Positions 23,896 through 34,082 of a stretch of 64,000 bases of DNA are shown piece after piece. The position numbers and the translations under genes are program-made. How positions within the stretch are numbered: position 1 is the stretch's first letter; every line of letters begins with the position of its first letter. The notes beneath the pieces are model-generated. The model was not told the DNA's origin. It saw nothing but the letters and a program-made list of their open reading frames with translations, and searched no databases. This DNA is from an uncultured delta proteobacterium (GTDB lineage: Bacteria; Desulfobacterota; Binatia; JACPRU01): assembly GCA_963745025.1 (NCBI GenBank), contig CAVUWD010000013.1, positions 192,001 to 256,000 on the forward strand, given 5' to 3'.

Positions 23896-25661
23896 CTACC
23901 GTCCGGCCGTCACTCTCCGCGCCAGCGCTTCGTGCTCCTCGCGGATGGCCCGCGGAAGATGATCGCCGAATTTCTCGAAGTACTCACGCTGGCCGTGCAC
24001 GGCTTCGATCCAGTCGGCGCGATCGACCCGCAGAACCTCGCGCATCGCGTCGCCCGAGAGGTCGAGGCCCTCGCTATCGATGGCCTTCTGCGTTGGAACG
24101 TAGCCGATCGGGGTTTCCTCCCCCGATCCGCCTCCCCGGCAGCGGTCGAGCACCCACTCGAGGACGCGCAGGTTCTCGCCGAAGCCCGGCCAGAGAAACT
24201 TGCCGTTTTCCCCCGTGCGGAACCAGTTCACACGGAAGATCTTGGGCGGGTTCGACGTGCGGCGACCCATGTCGAGCCAGTGCGCCCAGTAGTCGGCCAT
24301 GTTGTAGCCGCAGAACGGGACCATCGCCATGGGATCTCGTCGCAGGACACCGACCTTGCCGACTGCCGCCGCGGTCGTCTCCGACGCGAGGGTTGCGCCG
24401 AGGAAGGTGCCGTGCTGCCAGTCGAACGACTGGTATACCAGTGGCACGACGCGCTGCCGCCGCGCACCGAATAGAATGGCGCTGATCGGTACGCCCTTCG
24501 GATTTTCCCACTCCGGCGAGATCACGGGACACTGCGAGGCCGGCGCCGTGAACCGGCTGTTCGGGTGCGCTGCAACCTGCCCGCCGGAAGCGTGCCAGGG
24601 CTTCCCTTGCCAATCCAGCATGCCGTCGCCGGGCGGATCGTCGTGACCCTCCCACCACACCGTGCCGTCGGGCTTGAGGGCGACGTTGGTAAAGATCGCA
24701 TTGTGGTTGATCGTCGCCATCGCGTTGCGGTTGGTCTTCGTTCCGGTGCCCGGCGCCACGCCGAAAAATCCAGCCTCGGGATTCACCGCCCACAGCCGCC
24801 CGTCGTCGCCGATGCGGAGCCAAGCGATGTCGTCGCCGACGGTCCACACCTTCCACCCTCTGGCCGCCAATGGAGCGGGCGGCACCAGCATCGCCAGGTT
24901 GGTCTTGCCGCATGCGGAAGGAAACGCCGCCGTGACGTAGTGGATGTCGCCGTCGGGTGTCTGGACCCCGAGGATCAGCATGTGCTCCGCCATCCACCCT
25001 TCCTTCCAGCCGAGGTAGGAGGCGATGCGCAGCGCGAGGCACTTCTTGCCGAGGAGAGCGTTGCCGCCGTAGCCGGAGCCGATCGACCAGATTTCGTTGT
25101 CTTGCGGGAAAGTGCAGGATGTAGCGGCGATCCGGGGACAGATCCCCGAGCGAGTGCAGGCAGCGGGTGAAGTCGGACCCGGTGCCGAGCTCGCGCCAGC
25201 GCGATCGTCCCCATGCGGGTCATGATCCGCATGTTGAGCACCACGTAGATGCTGTCCGTGATCTCGACCCCCACCTTGGCGAAGGGCGAGCCGGCCGGTC
25301 CCATGAGGAACGGGACGACGTACATCGTCCGCCCACGCATCGAGCCCTCGAACAGCTTCCCGACCTTGTCGCGCGCCTCGCCGGGATCCATCCAGTTGTT
25401 GGTGGGACCCGACTCGTCCTTCGTCGGCGTACAGATGAAGGTGAGATGCTCGGTGCGCGCCACGTCCGACGGATGGCTACGGTGCAGATAGCAACCGGGA
25501 AGCTTTTGCGGGTTCAACCGAATCAGCTCTCCCCGCCGGACCGCCTCTTGCGTGAGGCGTTCCTTTTCCGCCTCCGAGCCGTCGCACCACACCACGGCAT
25601 CGGGCTTGGTTCTCGCTGCGATCTCGGTGACCCACCTCTCGACAGCTGCGTTCTCGCTCAT
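23896..25661 (-). CDS. pckG: GTP-dependent PEP carboxykinase (frameshifts near 25000-25200)
   Basis: 'DVART', '[13 protein letters not shown]', 'VGDDIAW', 'HPNSRF', 'VNWFR'. Confidence 0.95.
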
Positions 25662-25781
25662 GGGTTGGGAGTCTAGCGCAAATGGCAGAGGGTGTTGAAG
25701 ATGGCGTGTGCTCGTGGGAGTGGACCCGCTCCCGCGCCTGTTTCGCTCGGTTCGAGCATTCGATATGCTGTTTGTTTACCC

Positions 25782-27116
25782 ATGGGCCGGCGCGTCTACC
25801 TCGAAACCTACGGCTGCCAGATGAATCTGGCGGACAGCGAGATCGTGCTCGGCCATCTCGGCCGTCATGGCTTCGTCGAGGCGGGCTCGGAGCTGGAGGC
25901 GGACATCATTCTGCTGAACACGTGCGCGATCCGCGAGCACGCCGAGGAGCGCGTCGTCGGGCGGCTCACCCAGCTCCTGCCGCTGAAGCTTCGCGATCCG
26001 CGCGTGAAAATGGGCGTCCTCGGCTGCATGGCCCAGCATCACCGCGCGCACCTGCTCGACCGTCTGCCGTTTCTCGATTTCGTGCTCGGCCCGGACGAAT
26101 ACCGGCGGCTGCCGGCGATTCTCGAGCGGCAAGGCTTCGACGATCCGACGATCGAGGTTCGGCTCGGCCGCGAGGAGACCTATGCGGACGTGGCGCCGGC
26201 GCGTCGCGACGGCGTGCGCGCGTGGGTGAGCGTCATGCGCGGCTGCGACAAGTTCTGCAGCTTCTGCATCGTCCCCTACGTCCGCGGACGGGAGCGGAGC
26301 CTGCCGCTACCGCTGCTTCTCGGGCAGGTGAGCGAAGCCGCGCGCGCGGGCTTTCGCGAGGTCGTATTCCTCGGCCAGACCGTCAACGCGTACCGCGACG
26401 GCGATCTCGATTTTGCCGACCTGCTACGCGCCGCGGCGCGCGTGGCGGGCATCCTACGGGTCCGCTTCACCTCGCCACACCCGAGCGGCATGACCGAACG
26501 AATCCTCGAGGTCATCGCCAGCGAAGAGACGATCTGCCCGCAGGTTCACCTGCCGCTGCAATCGGCGTCCAATCGCGTGCTCGAGCGCATGGAGCGTGGC
26601 TACACGATCGAGCAGTACGACCGTTTGCTCGAGCGACTGCGCCGCGCCAGGCCGGGAATCGAGTTCTCGACCGACATCATCGTCGGCTTTCCAGGCGAGA
26701 CCGAGCACGACTTCCAAACGACCGTGGATTACCTGCACCACGCGGGCTACGACCACGCATTCTCGTTCGCGTATTCGCCGCGGGAGGGAACCCGCGCGGC
26801 GCGCTGGCCGGAGACCGTCGATCGCGAGGAGAAGCGCCGGCGGCTGCAAGCCGTCATCGAGCTTCAGGAACGGATCTCCCTGGAGCGGAGCCGCGCCTGG
26901 TGCGGGCGAGCGGTCGAGGTGCTGGTGGAGGGACCTGCCAAGCGAGGGCAGGGTTGGCTCTCCGGAAAGAGTGCGCAATTCAAGACGACGGTCTTTCCAT
27001 CGACTCGACATGCCCCGGGCGACCTGGTCTCGGTCGGGGTGCGTGACGCGACCGCCCACACGCTCATCGGAGAGGTCGCAGACGGCCCGCGTCTGGAGCC
27101 TTCCGCGAATGCGTAG
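25782..27116 (+). CDS. miaB: tRNA methylthiotransferase MiaB
   Basis: 'TYGCQMN', 'NTCAIRE', CDKFCSFC radical SAM motif, TRAM domain. Confidence 0.96.
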   Translation: MGRRVYLETYGCQMNLADSEIVLGHLGRHGFVEAGSELEADIILLNTCAIREHAEERVVGRLTQLLPLKLRDPRVKMGVLGCMAQHHRAHLLDRLPFLDFVLGPDEYRRLPAILERQGFDDPTIEVRLGREETYADVAPARRDGVRAWVSVMRGCDKFCSFCIVPYVRGRERSLPLPLLLGQVSEAARAGFREVVFLGQTVNAYRDGDLDFADLLRAAARVAGILRVRFTSPHPSGMTERILEVIASEETICPQVHLPLQSASNRVLERMERGYTIEQYDRLLERLRRARPGIEFSTDIIVGFPGETEHDFQTTVDYLHHAGYDHAFSFAYSPREGTRAARWPETVDREEKRRRLQAVIELQERISLERSRAWCGRAVEVLVEGPAKRGQGWLSGKSAQFKTTVFPSTRHAPGDLVSVGVRDATAHTLIGEVADGPRLEPSANA

Positions 27117-27774
27117 CCTCGCGAAGCGCTCCATGTCGGCGATTGCCGCTTCGCTGGCGCTTGTGGCAGCCAGTTCCTGTGCGGCCGTTCCTTCGGTCGG
27201 AGGGAAGCCGCCTTTGTTTTCCGGTAGCGGCAACGTGCAGAGGATCGACTTCGAGGACGGCGCCCTGCACGAGCCGCCCGAAGGCTTCGAGACGCGCCTC
27301 GGACGCTGGTCGGTCGCCGACTCGCCGACCGCGGCCTCGGGCACGCAAGTCCTGGTGCGCGGCGGCGACGGCGCCGCGGTGCTGGTCCTGAAGGATGCGG
27401 CGGGCGTGGCCGCCGCCGCTGGCGAGGTGGCGGTACGCGTGTTCCTGGGCACCTCGGGAGCGGGCATCTGGTGTGATGCCGATCAGGGAAACGGGGGATA
27501 CCTGTTGAAGCTCGAGCCCGACGCGCACCGGATTGCGCTGTACCGCAAGTCGGGCGACTCGATGACGGCGGTCGATCAGGCTACGGTATCCGCGCAAAAA
27601 GGCGAGTGGACCCGGCTCGGCATCCTCTGCGAGAACGATCGCGTGATCGGCTATCTCGACGGAACGCCGGCGGTGATGAATCGTGGGCCGATGTCGGCGT
27701 TCGATCTTGCGCTCTACGCCGATCCCGGCGTGACGGTTCAGTTCGACGATTTCAAGTACTGGGCGGCCCGCTAG
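27109..27774 (+). CDS. putative lipoprotein with beta-sandwich (ConA-like) domain
   Basis: ASSC lipobox; 'IDFED' at the start and 'LYAD...VQFDDF' at the end. Confidence 0.65.
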   Translation: MRSLAKRSMSAIAASLALVAASSCAAVPSVGGKPPLFSGSGNVQRIDFEDGALHEPPEGFETRLGRWSVADSPTAASGTQVLVRGGDGAAVLVLKDAAGVAAAAGEVAVRVFLGTSGAGIWCDADQGNGGYLLKLEPDAHRIALYRKSGDSMTAVDQATVSAQKGEWTRLGILCENDRVIGYLDGTPAVMNRGPMSAFDLALYADPGVTVQFDDFKYWAAR

Positions 27775-27787
27775 CGGGTCGGTCGTA

Positions 27788-28249
27788 TCACCCGGCGACG
27801 ATCTCGACGGCGGCGAAGTCGCGCCGCTCGGGATCCCAGGCGACGGCGAGATGGTCGCGGACGCCACCGTCGACGACGGAGACGACGAGGTAGAAAGTCC
27901 CCGGGTAGGCGGGCTCGTCCCATGCCATGGCGCGTGCCTTGTCCTCGGCGGAGAAGTACGCGTCGTGATCGGGATGAGAATGGTAGAGGACGCGGAGCGG
28001 GCGGTTCCGCTCCTCGGTCTCGCGAAGCACGGAGTAGAGCTCCTTCGGATCCATGAAATAGGCGGTGCGAGCATCGCGCGGATGCTTGCTGGGATCCTCG
28101 GAGTGCAGGCGGTCCTGGATGTTGGTGATCCGCCGCACGATCTCACGCCTATCCTCGGCGAGCACTGCTCCGCAGCATTCGTTCGGATAGGACTCCGCAG
28201 CGTGGCGGTCGATGTCCTCGAGCGTCGACTGGCGAAGGCGAAGCACCAC
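27788..28249 (-). CDS. JAMM/Mov34 (JAB) metalloprotease
   Basis: 'YPNECCG', 'YHSHPDHDAYFSAED' (E...HxH-x7-S-x2-D). Confidence 0.92.
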   Translation of the reverse strand: MVLRLRQSTLEDIDRHAAESYPNECCGAVLAEDRREIVRRITNIQDRLHSEDPSKHPRDARTAYFMDPKELYSVLRETEERNRPLRVLYHSHPDHDAYFSAEDKARAMAWDEPAYPGTFYLVVSVVDGGVRDHLAVAWDPERRDFAAVEIVAG

Positions 28250-28620
28250 GCTCGGCTCTGTAGCGAACTTCGATCGCTGCAGGAAGCGAGCAGAGCAGAT
28301 CCTTCCTGGTGCCTCAGTCTTGGCTACGAAGCTCCGGTGGAGGGATAGCGGTGGATGTTCCCGTCGATCCGGGAAGGATCCGCTCCGCTTGCCACGCGAG
28401 ACGGAAGCGGCACGCGCTTCGGGCCTGCTCGCCAGCATGGAAGAGGCGGCGCGGTGGGCTCGCGCCTGGCGCAGGCCGCGTCACGAGCGCCAGGTGTACC
28501 ACGCTGCCGTCTCTTGGGGCATGAAAGGCTTCGAGAACGAAGCTCGTGGCGGACAAGCCAGGCGCGCGCTCGCCGCGTTCAGGTCACGGAGGAAATTTCG
28601 GATCGAGACTGAGTTCTGCT

Positions 28621-30090
28621 TCACTCGTGCAGGATCTCGTCTTTGGCGTTCCACCATCCGCCGCCGAGCGCCACGAAGAGAGCCACGCTATCCTGCAAAA
28701 CGTGGGCCCGTCCCCCAATGCTCGCGATCATCGCCTGATTCTGTTGGACGTCGCTGATCAAGACCTCGAGATAGTTGGCCACCCCTGATTGATAGTTCAC
28801 CGAGGTCAGCCGCAGCGCTTCATGCGCTGTCGCTTCTTGCCGCGCCTGCGCTTCGACCTGCTGTGCGTCGTGCTCCAACGCGCGGAGCAAGTCGGCGACT
28901 TGGGCGAGGCCGGTAAGGACCGTCTGGCGATACGTGGCGAACGACTGCTCGTAGCTGTCGATCGCGGAGCGGCGCTTGAACCAGAGAGCGCCGCCGTGGA
29001 ACAGCGGCGCGGCGAGCTGCGCACCGTAGAGCCAGATCGCGTTCGGCCCGGCAAAGAGCGGCGACGGGGATGTGTTGCTCCAGCCGTAGGTGCCCGTCAA
29101 CGTGAGGTGGGGGTAGAGTGCTGCCGTGGCGACGCCGATCTGGGCGCTTGCCTGGTGCAGCTGCGCCTCGGCTGCGAGGATGTCGGGGCGTTGCTGTACG
29201 AGCTCGGATGGCAGGGCCACCGGCACCTCGCGCGGCAGCTCGAGCGCGGTCAGCGTGACGGGAGGAGAGGCCCACGTGGCCGGCTCTTCCCCGAGCAGCG
29301 TCGCCAGCAGGTGCCGGGTCTCGGCGAGCTTCTGCTCGAGCGGCGGCAGTTGTGCCTCGGTGGCGGCGAGCTGCGTCTCGAGGACGAGCATGCTCGAGTA
29401 GGGGATCGTCCCGGCATCGGCCTGCGTCTGGAGGATATGGACTTGATCCCGCTCCGTGGCGATGAGCCTTTGCGTCGCATCGATCTGTGCCGCATAGGCG
29501 GCCTCGGCGATCGTCGCGTTCACGACGTTTCCGATCAGCGTGAGGTATGCCGCCGCGGTCTCGTACCTCTGAAAGTCGACCTGAGCGCCCTCGCTCTCTA
29601 CGGTCCGCCGCTCTTCGCCGAACACGTCGAGCGCATAGTCGACGGTCGCGGTCACCGTGTAGAGATCGAACGTTTGCCTCGGCACGGCGATCCCGGTGAA
29701 GGGATGCTGCCGCGACGCGGACGAGCCTGCGTCGATCTGCGGCAGGAACACCCCGTAGCCTGCGCTCAAGTCGTCCTTGCTCCGCCGTAGGCTTGCCCGC
29801 GCCGCCTGAAGGGTCGGATTCGCTGCAAGGGCTCGCTCGATCCGAGCCTGCAGCTCGGGGGAGTGAAAGAGTTGATACCAATCGGTCGGCACGACGGCTC
29901 CGGGTGCAAACCGTTGGCTGCGGCCATCGGCGAGGACGGTCTCCGGCGGAAGACCGCTCGGCGTGTATTGGGTCGTAGCCGGGGGCTTCGGCGATACGAA
30001 ATCCGGTCCCACGGCGCACCCGAATGCGAAAACGAGCGCCGCCGCCGCAAGGGCGGAGCGAAGCCTCCCGAGGTCATCGCGCGCGCACAT
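28621..30090 (-). CDS. NodT/TolC-family outer membrane efflux lipoprotein
   Basis: 'GCAVGPDF', 'LPSELVQQRPDI', 'ALGGGW'. Confidence 0.95.
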   Translation of the reverse strand: MCARDDLGRLRSALAAAALVFAFGCAVGPDFVSPKPPATTQYTPSGLPPETVLADGRSQRFAPGAVVPTDWYQLFHSPELQARIERALAANPTLQAARASLRRSKDDLSAGYGVFLPQIDAGSSASRQHPFTGIAVPRQTFDLYTVTATVDYALDVFGEERRTVESEGAQVDFQRYETAAAYLTLIGNVVNATIAEAAYAAQIDATQRLIATERDQVHILQTQADAGTIPYSSMLVLETQLAATEAQLPPLEQKLAETRHLLATLLGEEPATWASPPVTLTALELPREVPVALPSELVQQRPDILAAEAQLHQASAQIGVATAALYPHLTLTGTYGWSNTSPSPLFAGPNAIWLYGAQLAAPLFHGGALWFKRRSAIDSYEQSFATYRQTVLTGLAQVADLLRALEHDAQQVEAQARQEATAHEALRLTSVNYQSGVANYLEVLISDVQQNQAMIASIGGRAHVLQDSVALFVALGGGWWNAKDEILHE

Positions 30091-31045
30091 ATACGTCTAC
30101 CAGCTGGCCCGGATAAAGCTCGATCTCTGTGCTTCGCTTGAAGCGAAAGACGACCGGCAGCACGCGGAGATCCACCCTCTCGGTCCGCGCGTTCGACAGC
30201 TCGATCTTGGGGGAGACGTAGGGCTGCACGCGCACGAACTCGAGGGGAATTCGCGCGTCGGTGCCACGCACGTACATCGTCGCCTCGAGGCGGTCCAATT
30301 TGCCGAGCTTGGCTATCAGGATCTCGTCGATGAAGGCGCGGACGGCCAGCGTGCTCTCCTGACGGCCCATCACCGCGATCGGCGTCGCGCTCCGCGTGTA
30401 CGTGTCGAGCGTTCCTTGCGGCGAGACGTAGCTGCCGACCGCGACGCTGAGCGACAGGACCGTCCCGTCGATCGGCGCGCGGATCGTATACTTGGCGAGC
30501 AGAGCTTCGGCCGTCGCGCCCGCCCTCGCCTGCGCCGCGCGCTGGCGCTCGGCGACCCCGAGGTTCGCCTGGGCGACCCGCACGGCATTGGCCGCGTCGT
30601 CGAAAACGGCCTTGCTCACCGAGCGCGGATCCGCCTCGAAGGAGCGCTGCTGTTTGGCGAGCTGATCGCTCGCGGTCTTGAGAGTTGCGCGGGCGGCGAC
30701 CACTTGAGCCTCGGCGACCTCGACCTGAGCCTCCTGCTGCGCGACCGTGGCCCGCTGGACGGAGTCTTCGATGTGTAGGAGCGGCGTCCCGCGGCTCACT
30801 TTCCGTCCCTCTTGGACGGAGACCTCGGTGACGGTGCCGGCCACTTCGGGAAAAACGTTGACGTTGGCGCCGCTCGCTTGCTCGCTCTCGATGATGCCGT
30901 TGGCGTACACCCCGTGCTCGTACGGGTTCGAGGCAGGATTGAAGACCGGCGGATTCACCTTGGCATGAACGGCGAAGAATGCGGCGCCGCCGACGGCGGC
31001 GAAGACACCGAGGATCGACAGCAGGAAGAGGAACCGCGTCCGCAT
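30074..31045 (-). CDS. periplasmic adaptor (HlyD/DevB-like)
   Basis: Lipoyl-like halves and coiled coil; 'IRAPIDGTVL', 'ERVDLRVL'. Confidence 0.9.
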   Translation of the reverse strand: MRTRFLFLLSILGVFAAVGGAAFFAVHAKVNPPVFNPASNPYEHGVYANGIIESEQASGANVNVFPEVAGTVTEVSVQEGRKVSRGTPLLHIEDSVQRATVAQQEAQVEVAEAQVVAARATLKTASDQLAKQQRSFEADPRSVSKAVFDDAANAVRVAQANLGVAERQRAAQARAGATAEALLAKYTIRAPIDGTVLSLSVAVGSYVSPQGTLDTYTRSATPIAVMGRQESTLAVRAFIDEILIAKLGKLDRLEATMYVRGTDARIPLEFVRVQPYVSPKIELSNARTERVDLRVLPVVFRFKRSTEIELYPGQLVDVYVRAR

Positions 31046-31046
31046 T

Positions 31047-31739
31047 TCAGGCCGCTTCGGCCGTACCCGTGATGCGGCCGTCCTCCATCGTGATCGTGCG
31101 GTCGGCGAACTCGGCGATCCGGCTGTCGTGCGTGACGATCACGATCGCCCGCGCGTCGGTCAGCACGTGCCTGCGAACGAACTCGACGATCTTCCGTCCC
31201 GTCTCGCCGTCGAGCGACGCGGTCGGCTCGTCGAGGATCATGATGTCGGGCTCGCTGACGATTGCGCGCGCGATTGCCACGCGCTGTTGCTCGCCACCGG
31301 AGAGCTTGATCGGCGGCAGCTCGGCCCGGTCCTTGAGCCCCACGATCTCGAGGTAACGGAGTGCCGCGGCGATCGAGTCGGCCCACGGCCGGCGCTTGAG
31401 GATCAGCGGCAGGGCGACGTTTTCGGCGGTCGTGAGGCGCGGGAAGAGGTGGTAGTCTTGAAACACGAACCCGACGGTGTTCAGGCGGAACTCCGCGAGC
31501 GAGTCGTTGCTCAGTCGCCAGATGTCCTGGCCCATGACGGTGACGCTTCCTTCGTTCGGCCGCAGGATTCCCGAGAGGATGCTCAGGAGCGTGGTCTTCC
31601 CGCTGCCCGACGGCCCGACGACGTAGAGCATCTCTCCGAAATACGCATCGAGATCCACGGAGCGTACCGCCACGGTCTTCGTGGCTCCCTCCCCGAACCA
31701 CTTGACGAGCGCGCGTGCTTGGATCGCCGGTGTCTTCAT
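31047..31739 (-). CDS. ABC ATP-binding protein (LolD/DevA-like)
   Basis: GPSGSGKT, LSGGEQQR, DEPTASLD. Confidence 0.95.
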   Translation of the reverse strand: MKTPAIQARALVKWFGEGATKTVAVRSVDLDAYFGEMLYVVGPSGSGKTTLLSILSGILRPNEGSVTVMGQDIWRLSNDSLAEFRLNTVGFVFQDYHLFPRLTTAENVALPLILKRRPWADSIAAALRYLEIVGLKDRAELPPIKLSGGEQQRVAIARAIVSEPDIMILDEPTASLDGETGRKIVEFVRRHVLTDARAIVIVTHDSRIAEFADRTITMEDGRITGTAEAA

Positions 31740-31742
31740 CCT

Positions 31743-32879
31743 CTAGCCTCGGAAAATGTCGAACGGTTCGACACGGATCACCTTGCGCACGCCGACGTAG
31801 CCGGAGACCCCCGCGATCACGACGACCATCAGAAGCGCAATCGACAGGTTCCAGTACGAGACGATCGCCGCGTAAGCGGGAAGCCGGAGCTTGGCGAGCG
31901 CGATCACGAGCGTGCAGAGGCCCACGCCGAGGCCGTAACCGGTCAGGCTCGTGAGCGACGCCTGAAAGAGGATGACGTAGACGAGCTCGCGCGACTTCGC
32001 TCCGATCGCCTTGAGGGCGCCGAAACGCTCGAGGTTCTCGAGGATGAACGTGTAGAACGTCTGGCCCGAGATCGACAGGCCGACCACGAAGCTGATGACC
32101 GTCATGATGAGGAGGTTGGTGCCGAGACCCGTCTGGTAGATGTAAAAGGACTTCGTCTGGCTCACGAACCCGTCGGCGGTGAGCGCGCGGTACCCGAGGT
32201 GCTGCACCGCGGCGATGATGTCGGGGACGGCGTCGGCGCTCTGCGGCTGCACGAGGACGTAGGAAAGCGTGTAGCGAGCGGTCGGGATGTCCTCGATTGC
32301 GCGCCGGTAGGTCGTGTAGAGCGTGGGGATGCCGAAGAGGCCGCTGATCGGCACCCTGGCGATGCCGACGACGACGCCGCGGTGATCGTTGATCTCGAAG
32401 GTCGTACCGATGGTCGGGTTGTTCAGCTTGGGAAACTCCGAATCTCGTACCACGACGAAGGCGTCATCGGCGTAGAGGTCCTCTATCCGCCCGGCGATCA
32501 GCTCCGGTCGCCCGAAGAGGCTCGCGTCGTCGAGCCCGATCACGGCGACGGATTGAAACGTGCCGTCAGTGAGCTTCACGAGCGCACCGCCCGAATAGAG
32601 CGGCACGGCATACTTCACGCCCCTCAGGCTGCGCACGGCATCGAGGACGTAATCGGGCATCGGGATGCTGTTGGCGACGGTGTTGACGGCGGGATCCATG
32701 ACCCAAACCGCCGCGCCCGTGTTGATCACGGTGGCCGAGGCGCGCTGCATGATCCCGATGAACATCGAGGTCACGAGCAGCATGAGGAAGACAGAGAACG
32801 TCAACCCGACGATGAGGGCCGTGAACTTGGGGCGATCATTGACGAGTAACTTGAGGGCGAGTGTGAGGATGCCGCGCAC
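31743..32879 (-). CDS. ABC permease (FtsX/MacB/DevC-like)
   Basis: 'FGALKAIGA'; TM1 + periplasmic domain + 3 TMs. Confidence 0.92.
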   Translation of the reverse strand: MRGILTLALKLLVNDRPKFTALIVGLTFSVFLMLLVTSMFIGIMQRASATVINTGAAVWVMDPAVNTVANSIPMPDYVLDAVRSLRGVKYAVPLYSGGALVKLTDGTFQSVAVIGLDDASLFGRPELIAGRIEDLYADDAFVVVRDSEFPKLNNPTIGTTFEINDHRGVVVGIARVPISGLFGIPTLYTTYRRAIEDIPTARYTLSYVLVQPQSADAVPDIIAAVQHLGYRALTADGFVSQTKSFYIYQTGLGTNLLIMTVISFVVGLSISGQTFYTFILENLERFGALKAIGAKSRELVYVILFQASLTSLTGYGLGVGLCTLVIALAKLRLPAYAAIVSYWNLSIALLMVVVIAGVSGYVGVRKVIRVEPFDIFRG

Positions 32880-32910
32880 GAGGATCAGACCATCTCTGGG
32901 TTCTTGCAGT

Positions 32911-33013
32911 GCAAGGCTCGAACCAGTGGGACCTTACCTGTCTCGACGGTCCCGCTGGCTCTCGCTTTGTCAGGCACGGTAATTTCCGCCGATAGCATTC
33001 TCATAATTGGAGA
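32911..33013 (-). promoter_or_regulatory. sigma54 promoter plus tandem enhancer-like sites (exporter operon)
   Basis: TGGTTCGAGCCTTGC at 32911-32925 (-); sites TTGTCAGGCACGGTAA (32967) and TTCTCATAATTGGAGA (32998), 31 bp apart. Confidence 0.65.
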
Positions 33014-33049
33014 CGCGCGGAATGCGCTCGCCAGCCTAGCGCATCCGCC

Positions 33050-33955
33050 CTAGGTCCCGGGAGCGAGCGGGGGAAGCGAGCGCAAGTATAATAGAATGGC
33101 CTTTACGTCGTCGGTCGTGAGAGTCGATTCGAGGTGCGGCATGTCCGGCCGCATCTCCCGCCACATGTGCCAGATTTTTTCGCGCAGATCGTTCTCGCCG
33201 GTATTTCGGAAATATGCCGAGTCGAACGCGAGCCGCTTCACATGGCGATGATTGTCTCTCTGCGAAACACCGTGGGGACCGTGACAAGAGACACAGTAAC
33301 GATAGTACAGCTCGTAGCCGGGGGAGAAGAGACGAATGAAGTGGGTGACCTCGTCGGATTCCGAGTCGGTGACGGCAGGAAACTGAGCGGGCATCCCCGG
33401 CCGACCGTGCCGAACCAGCACCCGAAGCTCGTGGTCGCTAAAGGCGGACTGGAAGTTCGGGTCCGAGAGGTCGCGCGAGCTCGGCCGCCCCGCGCTTTCG
33501 ACGTGTCCGTACCGGCCGTGACAACCGCTGCAGCGCCCGAGGTAGATCCTCCGCCCAGCATCGGCGAGCTCCCAGCGAATGGAGGGAAGGCGGCGCAGAA
33601 ACTGTTCGAGAGCCTCGGTCTCGGCGCTTCGGTCTGGCTTTGGCGCCGGGACCCTGAGCTTCGGGCGATCTTCGCGGATGCTTCCTGCTAGCTCGTCGTC
33701 CGAATGCGTCGCGATCAAATCCGTACGGCGGAGATCGGTGGGGGGCGGATTGAAGATGGCACCGTCAGGTCCATCACCAGTTCCCTCGTCTCCGTGGCAT
33801 CGCGCGCAGCTCAAGAGGTAGAGGAGCTTTCCGTGCTCGAGTCCTCCGCGAGGCGGCGAACCGGCTAGAGACGATGCCGCCGAGAGCAGTGGTAGAGCGA
33901 GTGCGAAGATCATCCAGCGTCTTGCTGCCGGTTCGGCTTCGTGGCGAACACGCAT
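33050..33955 (-). CDS. tri-haem cytochrome c, paralog 1 (start 33955 or 33913)
   Basis: Signal peptide; CARCH, CSGCH, CVSCH. Confidence 0.9.
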   Translation of the reverse strand: MRVRHEAEPAARRWMIFALALPLLSAASSLAGSPPRGGLEHGKLLYLLSCARCHGDEGTGDGPDGAIFNPPPTDLRRTDLIATHSDDELAGSIREDRPKLRVPAPKPDRSAETEALEQFLRRLPSIRWELADAGRRIYLGRCSGCHGRYGHVESAGRPSSRDLSDPNFQSAFSDHELRVLVRHGRPGMPAQFPAVTDSESDEVTHFIRLFSPGYELYYRYCVSCHGPHGVSQRDNHRHVKRLAFDSAYFRNTGENDLREKIWHMWREMRPDMPHLESTLTTDDVKAILLYLRSLPPLAPGT

Positions 33956-34082
33956 CGTCGAGCTCGACCTTCGAGAAGGGGCGGGTGCTTCAGGGCGAAC
34001 CGATGCGCTGCGGCTTCGTGCCCGAAGGCCCCGCGACGCGCTCATCGGCGCCTCGTTGCCCTCGCGGCGAGGCGACCGGAGT

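Noticed and set aside
28486-28501. GG-N10-GC motif TGGTACACCTGGCGC (-)
   Set aside because: Poor -12 context, about 240 nt from the next likely start, and no enhancer pair.
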